64,000 nucleotides of DNA from Salinispira sp. (GTDB lineage: Bacteria > Spirochaetota > Spirochaetia > DSM-27196 > Salinispiraceae): contig OZ271918.1 in assembly GCA_965602015.1 (NCBI GenBank), positions 2,272,001-2,336,000 on the forward strand, given 5' to 3'. A model generated the notes under the pieces. That model had not been told where the DNA came from. It saw nothing but the letters and a program-made list of their open reading frames with translations, and searched no databases. Positions 27,278 to 36,640 of this stretch are shown one piece after another (the stretch's first letter is position 1; each line of letters opens with the position of its first letter). A program made the translations under genes and the position numbers.

Positions 27278-28384
27278 ATGATAGTCATTGTTGGTGCGGG
27301 TATATCAGGTGCGGTTATGGCCGAGCGATACGCCGCATTAGGTAAAAAAGTCACAATCATCGAGAAACGCAATCACATTGGGGGAAATTGCTATGATTAT
27401 TTCGATGATAACGGACTTTTGCTTCCACTGTACGGTCCGCATTTTTTCCACACAAACATCGAGAGGGTTTGGCAGTATCTTCAGCGCTTCAGCGAGTGGC
27501 GAAGCTACGAGCATCGGGTATTAAGCTCGGTTGACGGAAAGCTCGTGCCTGTTCCAGTGAATATCACTACTGTGAACGAAGTCTTCGGCCTTTCGATTAG
27601 CAACGAAGAGCAGATGAAACAATGGCTTGAGGAGAACACCAAATCAATTGCCCATCCAAAAAACTCGGAGGAATCGGCAATGTCCCGGGTTGGCCCGGTC
27701 CTCTACGAGAAAATGTTCAAGCATTACACAAAAAAACAGTGGGACCTGTATCCCCATGAGCTCGATGCCCAGGTCATGAACCGCATACCCGTACGGACTA
27801 ACTTTGACGATCGGTATTTTACCGATACATACCAGGCGATGCCCGCCGAGGGCTACACTTCAGTCTTCGAAAACATGCTCGATAACCCTAATATCGAGAT
27901 TATTCTCGACTGCGATTACTTCCAAAACAGGCAGGAGTTCTCCCGAGCCGAAAAACTCTTTTTTACCGGCCGGATTGATCAGTTCTTTGAGGAACAGTTT
28001 AGGGACCGGGGTGTTGAGCCCCTTCAGTACCGTTCGCTCCGTTTCGAATTCGAGACCCTTGATACCCCTCAGTTTCAGCCCTGTGCAACGATAAACTATC
28101 CCAATGAACACGACTATACGCGAATTACCGAGCCGAAACATTCCACGGGCCAGGGTGGTGATAAAACCGTCATCATCAAGGAGTATCCCAGCTGGGATGG
28201 AGAACCCTATTATCCGGTTTTTAGTCCGCGAAATCAGCAGGTGTTCTCGCTGTATCAAAAGGCCGCCGAGGAGGCGGAGAAAAACCAGGTCTACTTCGTC
28301 GGGCGCTTGGCGAATTACAAGTATTTCAACATGGACGCCGCATTTGACAATGCACTGACACTGTTTGAACAATTGGAAGGCTGA
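27278..28384 (+). CDS. glf: UDP-galactopyranose mutase
   Basis: IVIVGAGISG, EKRNHIGGNCYD, YGPHFFHT, YTKKQW, EPYYP and GRLANYKYFNMD. Start ATG 27278 after SD GAGGA. Confidence 0.95.
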   Translation: MIVIVGAGISGAVMAERYAALGKKVTIIEKRNHIGGNCYDYFDDNGLLLPLYGPHFFHTNIERVWQYLQRFSEWRSYEHRVLSSVDGKLVPVPVNITTVNEVFGLSISNEEQMKQWLEENTKSIAHPKNSEESAMSRVGPVLYEKMFKHYTKKQWDLYPHELDAQVMNRIPVRTNFDDRYFTDTYQAMPAEGYTSVFENMLDNPNIEIILDCDYFQNRQEFSRAEKLFFTGRIDQFFEEQFRDRGVEPLQYRSLRFEFETLDTPQFQPCATINYPNEHDYTRITEPKHSTGQGGDKTVIIKEYPSWDGEPYYPVFSPRNQQVFSLYQKAAEEAEKNQVYFVGRLANYKYFNMDAAFDNALTLFEQLEG

Positions 28385-28426
28385 GATGCGGCTTTCCCCA
28401 GTTACCCGCCGGGAAAAAGGGACACA

Positions 28427-30238
28427 ATGGCGATAATCAGTCTGAATGAGGTATTTCTGCGCTTTGGGGACGAATATCTTTTTTCGAATATCAATGTGCA
28501 TATTGAACAGGGTCAGCGAATTTGCCTCATAGGTCGCAACGGCAGCGGTAAGTCCACCCTCTTGAAGCTCATGGCGGGCATAATCGAGCCCGATGAAGGC
28601 AGCGCGGCACGAAATCGGGACCTGCACATTGCATATCTCGAGCAGGATTTCCCCGGGGAGTATGAAGGCACGGCCCTGGACTTTTGTCTTCATCAGGATA
28701 AAAACATACGTTTTGCCAATGAGCCGCAGGAAATTGAAGTAAACAATGCGGTGCGTCTTTTGGATCAGCTGGGAATAGACCGGGAAGCCCCGTTCTCCGG
28801 ACTCTCGGGGGGCGGCAGGCGTAAGGCAATGCTCGCCCGGGTTCTCTCTGCCGAGCCCGAGCTCCTCTTGCTCGACGAGCCCACCAATCATCTCGATATC
28901 GAAAGCATTAGCTGGCTCGAAGAGTACCTGGTGCGGGACAGACAGCGAAGCATGGTAGTCATTACCCATGACCGGAGTTTCGCGCGCGCGGTTTCTAACA
29001 GAACTGCCGAGCTGGACCGGGGAGAGCTATACGCATTTGACTGCGGGTACGGCGATTTCCTCCGCCGCCGGGATGAGCTCCTGGCAGCTGAACAGACGGC
29101 CCGCCAGCAGTTTGACAAGCGCCTTGCCGAAGAGGAAGCCTGGTTGCGCCGGGGAATCAAGGCACGAAGGACCCGGAATGAGGGCCGGGTTAAAGCGTTA
29201 ATGGCCATGAGGGAAGAGCACCGCCGTCGGCGAGAACGCCAGGGGTCGGTCAAAATGTCCCTTACGACTGACAAGCGCTCAGGCGATCTGGTAATGGAAT
29301 GCGAAGATGTATCGTTTTCCTGGACCGGCGACTCCGGGCCGCCGCTGATACGCAGTTTGAGTACCCGCATTATGCGGGGAGACCGCATCGGCATTGCCGG
29401 GCCCAACGGCGCAGGTAAAACTACTCTTATCAAGCTGTTTACCGGGGAAATTCAGCCGAAATCAGGCAAAATACGCCACGGTAGCAATCTGCAGCCCCTG
29501 TATTTCAGCCAGATGCGTGAAGACCTGGACCCGGGGAAATCACTTCTGGAGAATCTCAGCGGGGGAGATGACTCGGTCATGGTCGGGGGAAAACTCAGGC
29601 ATGTGAACGCCTACCTTCAGGATTTTCTCTTTACCCCGGACCGCATAAAAACGCCGGTGGGAATACTTTCCGGAGGAGAAAAAAACCGCCTCATGCTCGC
29701 CAAGCTCTTTACCAGGCCGGCAAACCTCCTCATCCTCGACGAGCCCACCAATGACCTGGACATGGAAACCCTCGACCTGCTGGAAGAGCTGCTTGCCGGC
29801 TTCGAGGGTACTGTCTTGTTGGTAAGTCACGACCGGGAGTTCCTGGACAACGTTGTCAGCGACCTGCTTATTCTCCCGGGGGACGGAACCGTAACAGAGT
29901 ATATCGGAAGCTACAGCGAGTGGCGTACCAGCAAGCAAAAAACCGCCGGCAGCGCCGGCTCTTCGAAGACCGGGGAGAATACTGACAAAGAGAACAGGCC
30001 TGTTCTTCGAAACCGCAAACTGAGCTTCAAGGAGAACAAGGAACTTGGGGAAATCCCCGGGAACATTGAAGCACTAGAAACCCGAATCGCCGAACTGCAT
30101 GGAGAGCTGGCGGACCCGGAGCTGTACCGCCGGGAAGGGCCCCGGGCGGCTGAATTAGGGGCCGAACTGGAGGCTGCGGAAGCCCGCCTCGCCGAGTTGT
30201 ACGAGCGGTGGAACGAACTGGAAAGTCTCTCGCCGTAA
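28427..30238 (+). CDS. uup: ABC-F family ATPase Uup
   Basis: Two ABC domains, WLRRGIKARRTRNEGRV linker and C-terminal KLSFKE...ERWNELE coiled coil. Confidence 0.92.
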   Translation: MAIISLNEVFLRFGDEYLFSNINVHIEQGQRICLIGRNGSGKSTLLKLMAGIIEPDEGSAARNRDLHIAYLEQDFPGEYEGTALDFCLHQDKNIRFANEPQEIEVNNAVRLLDQLGIDREAPFSGLSGGGRRKAMLARVLSAEPELLLLDEPTNHLDIESISWLEEYLVRDRQRSMVVITHDRSFARAVSNRTAELDRGELYAFDCGYGDFLRRRDELLAAEQTARQQFDKRLAEEEAWLRRGIKARRTRNEGRVKALMAMREEHRRRRERQGSVKMSLTTDKRSGDLVMECEDVSFSWTGDSGPPLIRSLSTRIMRGDRIGIAGPNGAGKTTLIKLFTGEIQPKSGKIRHGSNLQPLYFSQMREDLDPGKSLLENLSGGDDSVMVGGKLRHVNAYLQDFLFTPDRIKTPVGILSGGEKNRLMLAKLFTRPANLLILDEPTNDLDMETLDLLEELLAGFEGTVLLVSHDREFLDNVVSDLLILPGDGTVTEYIGSYSEWRTSKQKTAGSAGSSKTGENTDKENRPVLRNRKLSFKENKELGEIPGNIEALETRIAELHGELADPELYRREGPRAAELGAELEAAEARLAELYERWNELESLSP

Positions 30239-30384
30239 TGCCATGACCATCGGCCAGTCCGGCTCGGTAACGATAGTGATGCTCCTAGCGTCACGCAGAC
30301 GCGGTCGAATACACGGTTCAGTTCACTGTTCGGGCCGCGGTTCAGACCTGCTAAGAAAAGGCAGAAGCACTGTTTGATCCAGAT

Positions 30385-31335
30385 TCAGCGAAGATTTAGC
30401 AGGCCGAGGTACGCATCGGCGCTGATTCCGTAGTAATCGTCAAAGAGCTCATTAAAACGGGGCCTGGTCTTGAGGTCTTCTATATATAAAAGAATCAGCT
30501 CGCCCAGGTCGATTCGCTCAGGTGATACAGCCCAGGCAATGTAATCGACCTCCCCAACGGGAAAACGCACCGCCAACCGATTATCAATCCGCCTCCGGTT
30601 AAATGCCAGCGCCTGGGTGATATCGGTAAGTGCAAAATCCGTCTCGCCCCGGGAAAGCTCAGCTAATCCAAACGACAGCTCGTCATTTGCCGTGATCTCA
30701 AACTCTAGTCCGAACTCATCCATCAGCTGCTCGGCAATTTCCATCTGGGCGCTGGCTTGCGGCAGCATGATTCTGAGTCCGTCCAGGTCTTCCAGATTTT
30801 CCACCGGACTGTCCGCCCGGACGACGACGGCATTTTGGACCGGCAGTACGGGTATCATGGTGAGTATTTGCTCTCTCCAGGGCAAGACCGTCAACGATAC
30901 CAAATACAAATCAGCCTGTGCAAACAGGTCCGGGGTATACGTCATATCGGGGTCGCTAAACAGACTCTGGGGAATCTCCCCGTCCAGTGCCAGGAACTGT
31001 ATGGGATTATCATACACCGTGATTTCCACCGGAATAGATAATTCCTCGGACATCTGCATAAGCATGTCGTAATGCAGGCCCTGAACGCTGCCGTCACCCT
31101 GTGGTTCATAAACAGCGGGAAAGGGGATGGTCGCCACCCGCAGGCCGGAATCCTGAAGCTCCCGCAGCAGCGAACGCTGGGCATCATTTAATCCGCCGAT
31201 AAACGTTTCCTCCTGCGATTCAGAGTCCAGCAACGGGACGACAGCCTCTTGAGGAGCGCGATCCGAGCAGGAAAGAAGAAAAAAGGCCAAAGCCAGCGCG
31301 AGTATAATTGACAATCCGAATCTGTTCTTATCCAT
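30385..31335 (-). CDS. lipoprotein with a family-3 solute-binding (MltF N-terminal-like) domain
   Basis: Lipobox FLLSC, LRVAT...GLHYD, DL..VSLTVLPWRE and IAWAV. No permease adjacent. Confidence 0.72.
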   Translation of the reverse strand: MDKNRFGLSIILALALAFFLLSCSDRAPQEAVVPLLDSESQEETFIGGLNDAQRSLLRELQDSGLRVATIPFPAVYEPQGDGSVQGLHYDMLMQMSEELSIPVEITVYDNPIQFLALDGEIPQSLFSDPDMTYTPDLFAQADLYLVSLTVLPWREQILTMIPVLPVQNAVVVRADSPVENLEDLDGLRIMLPQASAQMEIAEQLMDEFGLEFEITANDELSFGLAELSRGETDFALTDITQALAFNRRRIDNRLAVRFPVGEVDYIAWAVSPERIDLGELILLYIEDLKTRPRFNELFDDYYGISADAYLGLLNLR

Positions 31336-31465
31336 GCCACCCCGTGATGCCTGTCTGTCCGGCAATCCTCATCATCTCAAGCATAGGGCATCCGAGGAGA
31401 AAAGTGTCCGCCTATTGAGTAATTCCCAGAAAAGATGCAAAGGACCGCACGAAGTGATTGCAGCC

Positions 31466-34210
31466 CTATGGTTCAACCGCCGGGAAGGTAAGGGCGAATT
31501 TGGTGAACTGCCGGGACCGGGATTTCACCTCGATCTTCCCGCGATGGGCCCTGGCCAGGTCCTGAATGAGAGAAAGGCCGATTCCCCTACCGGATAGTTC
31601 ATCGGCGCCTTCACTGGTGCTTAGGGACGGGTGAAATAGGTATTGGGCGATTTCTTTGGCATCAAGATTTTCAGCCTGCTCTTCCGTGAGTATTCCCTGA
31701 CTGACAAGCCGCTTGCGCACACCGGCGGCGTTTATTCCCCTACCGTCGTCCTGGAATTCCAGGCGGAACTGCTTGTCATGCCGGGCTGCGCTTATGCTTA
31801 TGAGGCCTGACTCGCTCTTGCCATGACTGCGGCGTTCCAGCCCGTCTTCGATGCCGTGGGCATACGCGTTGCGGATGAACTGAACGAGCATGTCTTTTAC
31901 CGGTTTGCGCATCGGTTCGGGTATTGCCTGATGATCAAAGGCGTCCAAGTTCAGGGTCACGGCTTTGCGGGTCTTGCGGGAGAGGTTTTCATTGAGCTGC
32001 TCCAGACTTTTTGCCAGACTTTCGGAAAAATCCCTGTTTTTATCATCGAAGGTTGTTTTGAAGCTCCGAAGCTTGGCAATGAGAGCCATTGAGCGGTCAA
32101 TCAGCTGTCCCAGCCGGGACAGTTTGACAGTGAGGGAAAGGAAATCGCTGTTTTTCACCTTGGCCTTGCCCTTCATTTCCACCAGAAGGTCTTCCATGCC
32201 ATGGGCCAGGGCGGCGACGGGCTCAAGACCAATTACCGCCGCCTCCCCCTTAATGCCGTGGGTGAGCATTGATATTTGATGAAGCCGGCTCGCCTGATCG
32301 CCCTCATCCTTCAGTATATGATTTATCCGGTCTATATCCCGCTTAACATGAGCCAGAAAATCACCTAAAAGCTCGGGGTCGGTGTGTAGCATCCGGTAGA
32401 ACAGCTCCATCTCCGACTCGGCCTTGTTCTGTTCCTGTACTATTCGCCTTGAAAGAATGGCTTCTTCGGTTACGTCCCCAATTACAGCCATTATTCTCGC
32501 GCCTTCATCATCGGCTATCCTGTGGAATGAGAGCTTCAGATGTTTAGAGGAGATTTTCCCGTTGCCATGGTCGAAATAGCACTCCACCTGGTCAACGGGA
32601 TTCAGATTTGCCAGGGCCTTGGGATCGGTTTTGGGATCGGCCAGAAGTTCGAGATAATCCTCAAGCTCACCGGCGGCGGTATCCGACAGGTGGCTGCCGA
32701 ACAGTTCGGAAAACCGTCTGCCCTGGAGATCGCTTTGCCCGAGAATCTTCTCGCTGGCCAGGGAATAAAACGGGCCGATTCGTCCCTCCTCGTCCAAAAG
32801 CAGGATGCCATCGCTTATATTGCTGAGTATGTTGAGAAATTCGTCCCGGGCGACAGTGGTCTCCTCGAGGCTGTCGAGCACTGCGTTGTAACGACGGGCA
32901 ATTTGTCCGACCTCCGTAAAGGGTTCTACCGGCGCCCTCAGGCTCAGATTTGCCGAGCGGGCCTGCTGTTCCAGAACCTGAAAAAACGCATGGGTCTCGG
33001 TATTTTCACCGTGCTCCGACACATTTAAACCCTTCTCTTCGTCATCGGGGTCGACCCTCAGAGGGAAGAATTTGTTAATCAGCCAGAGCAGACTGTATGA
33101 CAGGGCAAATGACCAGGCCCCCGCCACCACTATTCCGATGAGCTGAACGGTCATCTGGCGGTCCAAACTGAGCCCCGTGGCCAGCAGTTCCGGATCTCCG
33201 AAAATCGCCACCGCCAGGGTGCCCCACATGCCCGCAAAGAGATGGACCGGTATGGCTCCCACCGCATCATCTATGCGGAGCTTTTCGAGCATCATGGAAC
33301 TCAGAAGCATTACCACTCCGCCGACGGCTCCGATGACTATGGCGTCAATTTCGCCAACCGCGTGGGCGTTGGCGGTCACCGCGACCAGCCCCGCAAGGGC
33401 GCCGTTGAGTATGAGCATAATGTCCGGCTTCTTGTAGATCGGCCAACCGACAATCAACGCGCCGATCATCCCCGCGGAGGCCGAGAGGGCGGTGTTGACC
33501 AGTATATGGGGGACCTGGTCGTTGAGAGCGAGGGTAGAACCGCCGTTAAACCCGAACCAGCCAAACCACAGCAGGATTACACCCAGGACAACCATGGGGA
33601 CATTGCTGCCGGGAATTTTATGCGATTTGCCGTCTTCGTCGAAGCGGTGGCGCCGGGGCCCGAGAATGAGCAAGGCGGCCAGAGCGATCCATCCTCCCAC
33701 CGAGTGGACGACGGTGCTGCCCGCGAAATCGACGAATCCCAGCTGCTCAAGCCATCCTCCGTCTCCCCCCAGCCAGAAGCTCCCCCAACTCCAATGACCA
33801 AAAACAGGGTAGATGATCGCTGCAAGAATTATGGTCGAGAAAATATATGATGAATACTTCATCCGCTCGGCGACGGCTCCGGAGACTATTGTGGCCGCTG
33901 TTGAACAGAACATCGATTGGAACAAGAAGAACACTCCGGTCCACACGGGATTCTCCGTCATCGAGAGCCGAAGAAAGAAGCCGTTGGTGCCCAGAATTCC
34001 TGAATAACTGAGCCCGAACATGATGGCGAAACCGAATAGCCAAAAGGCCAAAAAAGACACGCCGAGATCGGTGAGATTTTTTATCGCAACATTAATGGAA
34101 TTTTTAGAACGGGTCATACCCGATTCCACCATTGCGAATCCCGCCTGCATGATAAAAACCAGAAATGATGAAAACAAGACCCACAAGATGTTGATCGCGC
34201 TCTGATCCAT
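31466..34210 (-). CDS. ammonium transporter fused to HAMP-like, PAS-like, HPt and CheA-type HATPase domains
   Basis: Amt motifs MQAGFAMVESG, FQSMF, SGAVAER, DFAGSTVVH, WFGWFGFNGGS and DDAVGAIPVH. HPt HGIKG. CheA-like RNAYAHGIE, DDGRG and SGRGIGL. Confidence 0.92.
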   Translation of the reverse strand: MDQSAINILWVLFSSFLVFIMQAGFAMVESGMTRSKNSINVAIKNLTDLGVSFLAFWLFGFAIMFGLSYSGILGTNGFFLRLSMTENPVWTGVFFLFQSMFCSTAATIVSGAVAERMKYSSYIFSTIILAAIIYPVFGHWSWGSFWLGGDGGWLEQLGFVDFAGSTVVHSVGGWIALAALLILGPRRHRFDEDGKSHKIPGSNVPMVVLGVILLWFGWFGFNGGSTLALNDQVPHILVNTALSASAGMIGALIVGWPIYKKPDIMLILNGALAGLVAVTANAHAVGEIDAIVIGAVGGVVMLLSSMMLEKLRIDDAVGAIPVHLFAGMWGTLAVAIFGDPELLATGLSLDRQMTVQLIGIVVAGAWSFALSYSLLWLINKFFPLRVDPDDEEKGLNVSEHGENTETHAFFQVLEQQARSANLSLRAPVEPFTEVGQIARRYNAVLDSLEETTVARDEFLNILSNISDGILLLDEEGRIGPFYSLASEKILGQSDLQGRRFSELFGSHLSDTAAGELEDYLELLADPKTDPKALANLNPVDQVECYFDHGNGKISSKHLKLSFHRIADDEGARIMAVIGDVTEEAILSRRIVQEQNKAESEMELFYRMLHTDPELLGDFLAHVKRDIDRINHILKDEGDQASRLHQISMLTHGIKGEAAVIGLEPVAALAHGMEDLLVEMKGKAKVKNSDFLSLTVKLSRLGQLIDRSMALIAKLRSFKTTFDDKNRDFSESLAKSLEQLNENLSRKTRKAVTLNLDAFDHQAIPEPMRKPVKDMLVQFIRNAYAHGIEDGLERRSHGKSESGLISISAARHDKQFRLEFQDDGRGINAAGVRKRLVSQGILTEEQAENLDAKEIAQYLFHPSLSTSEGADELSGRGIGLSLIQDLARAHRGKIEVKSRSRQFTKFALTFPAVEP

Positions 34211-34261
34211 ACTGTCTCCTAATACATAAAACCCGAGCCAGCCCGGGTAAAGCTTTTACTG

Positions 34262-34708
34262 TTATTCCAATCCGATAATCAGGAGCGCGGTGTGACCGCG
34301 CCATTTGAGCGGAACCATAAAGGCCGGGGGATTCTGGGTAAACAGCGAGGCCAGTTCGAGACCCCTTCGCACCGCCGGCACCGAGATAAAATATTCCGAG
34401 CCAAGGTGGCGGCGCATATTTCCGGCAATGGTGTTAATGACCTCACCTGCCATATCTTCGAGATCGTCGCCGGAAATATCCTCGTTGATAATTTCCCGGG
34501 CTACATCGTTCAGAAGGGCCTCTCCGGTACTGAACAGCAGCTGCCCCCGGTGACTCCCGGAGACCGCAATGCCTGCGGAAATACTCAGGTTGCGATCCGT
34601 TGAACTGAGTACGTAGGGCACTCCCATTTCAGCCTCCTCTCCGCTGATGCTTTTGAAATATCCGGTGATGACGTCGATAAACACCTGAATGTCGCGAGCC
34701 TCCATCAT
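34262..34708 (-). CDS. cheX: CheX-family CheY-P phosphatase
   Basis: 148 aa with ISAGIAVSG..RG, GEVINTIAGN (ExxN) and ISVP motifs. ATGA overlap with the upstream receiver gene. Confidence 0.85.
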   Translation of the reverse strand: MMEARDIQVFIDVITGYFKSISGEEAEMGVPYVLSSTDRNLSISAGIAVSGSHRGQLLFSTGEALLNDVAREIINEDISGDDLEDMAGEVINTIAGNMRRHLGSEYFISVPAVRRGLELASLFTQNPPAFMVPLKWRGHTALLIIGLE

Positions 34709-35085
34709 GTCACCCCCGCCGGGAGGATTCTATGTATTTCTCCCGCGAGTTCCTCGTTGGAAAAGGGTTTTGACACAAAGCCCCGGGCTCCGAGTTTCAG
34801 CGCCCGTAAACCCGTTGCCCGGTCGTTCAGTGCGCTGATAACCAATACATGTACCTCCGGTCGCAGGTGCATCATGCGCTCCAGGCAAGCCAGACCGTCC
34901 ATTCCCGGCATGGTGATATCCAGGGTAACGAGATCGGGTTCAGTGCGGGCAAACTGTTCTAGGGCTGCGGTCCCGTCCGGAGCGCATGTGATGTGATCTA
35001 TTTCAAGACCGGCAAAAACCGAGCTAATGGCTCTTTGAACTATCCTCGAGTCATCGACAATAAGAACTTTCATGTACATGAACAT
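34705..35085 (-). CDS. single-domain response regulator, CheY-like
   Basis: VLIVDDS, LVTLDITMP (phospho-Asp), ISA and KPF. No output domain. Start may be 35079 or 35073. Confidence 0.92.
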   Translation of the reverse strand: MFMYMKVLIVDDSRIVQRAISSVFAGLEIDHITCAPDGTAALEQFARTEPDLVTLDITMPGMDGLACLERMMHLRPEVHVLVISALNDRATGLRALKLGARGFVSKPFSNEELAGEIHRILPAGVT

Positions 35086-35218
35086 GCAAAATATGGGCCA
35101 CTTTTGTTTTTTCTTGCATATTTATACTAAGTTATTACCGGCAGTCGAATTAGCAATCTGGTTACCCATTGCCTTGCCGAGGCGAATACTACTTTTCTGT
35201 ATTTTTTTGCAATACAAG

Positions 35219-35929
35219 CTACGCAGATGTACCAAATAACGAAATAATAGCGTAGTACAGGGGCGGTATGAGGAGGGAGGGAAGAAGGTTAGCCGTCTTG
35301 ATTCGCCGTATCTTTAACAGATCGATACCGATAGCAAAAATCAGAATACCTCCTATATTTGATATCTCACGAATCACCGCCTCGCCGATCCAGGGCTCGA
35401 GATAGGAGGAAAAAAGTGTTAATGAACCCTGATACGCGAGCAATGGCAGAGCGCTAAAGATAACCCCTATTCCCAGGCTCGAGGCGAGAATGACCGAGGT
35501 TATACCATCGAGAATGGATTTTGCGAAGAGTATGCTGTGGTCGGCCTGGAGTCCGCTTTTGATCGAACCGAGAATTGCCATGCTGCCCACGCAATAAATA
35601 AGCGATGCGGTAACGAAGGCTTCGGAAACCTTGCCGTGACCGTCTCCCAGGCGCTTCTGGAGCCGGTCGCCAAGCTTCTCCATCTGCCGTTCAATCCCGA
35701 TAAGTTCGCCGACGACACCCCCGAGGGCCAGACTGATTATAAACAGCAGGGCTTCGCTCTCGGGATCGAGCAGACCCGAAAGGGCGGTGGCCATTCCGAT
35801 GAACAGCACGGCAAGGGCTATGGACTGAAGCAGGGTCTCCTTAAATCGCTCGGGAAGACCGTGTCTTAACAGTACGCCTGTTACTGATCCTAAAATAATA
35901 GCGGCGGCATTGACGTAGGTACCCAGCAT
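35219..35929 (-). CDS. DUF554-family membrane protein
   Basis: MLGTYVN...FVTASLIYCVGSMAILGSI...KSILDG...ANLLP. Confidence 0.85.
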   Translation of the reverse strand: MLGTYVNAAAIILGSVTGVLLRHGLPERFKETLLQSIALAVLFIGMATALSGLLDPESEALLFIISLALGGVVGELIGIERQMEKLGDRLQKRLGDGHGKVSEAFVTASLIYCVGSMAILGSIKSGLQADHSILFAKSILDGITSVILASSLGIGVIFSALPLLAYQGSLTLFSSYLEPWIGEAVIREISNIGGILIFAIGIDLLKIRRIKTANLLPSLLIPPLYYAIISLFGTSA

Positions 35930-35964
35930 ACAGCCATGGTAGCGCGTTTGATGAGAAGGGGCAA

Positions 35965-35992
35965 ACGGCCTCCGGAATTATCCGGAGGCCGT
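35965..35992 (-). terminator. strong hairpin downstream of wrbA
   Basis: ACGGCCTCCGGA-ATTA-TCCGGAGGCCGT, a perfect 12-bp stem with only a short U-tract. Confidence 0.65.
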
Positions 35993-36029
35993 GCATTTCA
36001 TGGGTGCAATGAAATGCCTGGAAGACTGG

Positions 36030-36638
36030 TCAGCCCGCCAGCTTCTTTGCCAGCTCTGCGGTGCGCCTTCCCTGGAAACGTGCGGCTTCAAGTTCGTTCT
36101 CGCTGGGCATCCGCGAACCGTCTCCTCCGGCTATGGTTGTGGCTCCGTACGGGCTGCCACCGGTTATTTCGTCGACACCCATCTGGCCCTGGAAGGTATA
36201 GGGAAGACCGGCCACAACCATGCCCTGATGGAGGAAGTAGCGGTGGATGCTGAACAGCGCGGCCTCGTTTCCACCGTGCTGGGTTGCCGTGGCAACCATG
36301 GCGCTTCCGACCTTGCCTTCCAATGACTGGCTGGCCCACTGGCCACCGGTCTGGTCAAGAATGTTCTGAACCTGTCCGGGAACATTTCCGTAACGGGTGG
36401 CGGTCACAATTATGTACCCGTCGGCATCGGCGAAATCCTGGGCGCTGAGTACCGGTACTTCGGCGAAGGCCTTTTGTGCTTCTACCGCCCCCATCTGCTG
36501 CAGTACCTCCGCCGGAATCGTCTCGGGAAAACGCTTGAGTTCTACCTCGGCCCCAGCCTGGGCAGCACCTTCGGCCGCGGCTTTTGCCATTATATAATTG
36601 TGTCCGTATGTGGAATAAAAAAAGACCTTAACCTTCAT
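36030..36638 (-). CDS. wrbA: NAD(P)H:quinone oxidoreductase, type IV
   Basis: YSTYGH, TRYG, LDQTGG.W, TQHGG.E and GGSPYGA flavodoxin-like motifs. Confidence 0.93.
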   Translation of the reverse strand: MKVKVFFYSTYGHNYIMAKAAAEGAAQAGAEVELKRFPETIPAEVLQQMGAVEAQKAFAEVPVLSAQDFADADGYIIVTATRYGNVPGQVQNILDQTGGQWASQSLEGKVGSAMVATATQHGGNEAALFSIHRYFLHQGMVVAGLPYTFQGQMGVDEITGGSPYGATTIAGGDGSRMPSENELEAARFQGRRTAELAKKLAG

Positions 36639-36640
36639 CC

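Noticed and set aside
27860..28969. Long antisense ORFs (e.g. 369 aa here, also 54372-55295, 57450-58394, 60015-60917, 62979-63857)
   Set aside because: They lie opposite well-supported genes and have no motifs. They are expected shadow ORFs in GC-rich coding DNA.
31466..35085. Conventional chemotaxis (cheA-cheW-cheX-cheY) operon
   Set aside because: The kinase has no CheW/P5 domain and is fused to Amt, and no cheW or MCP is present. It is treated as a distinct system.
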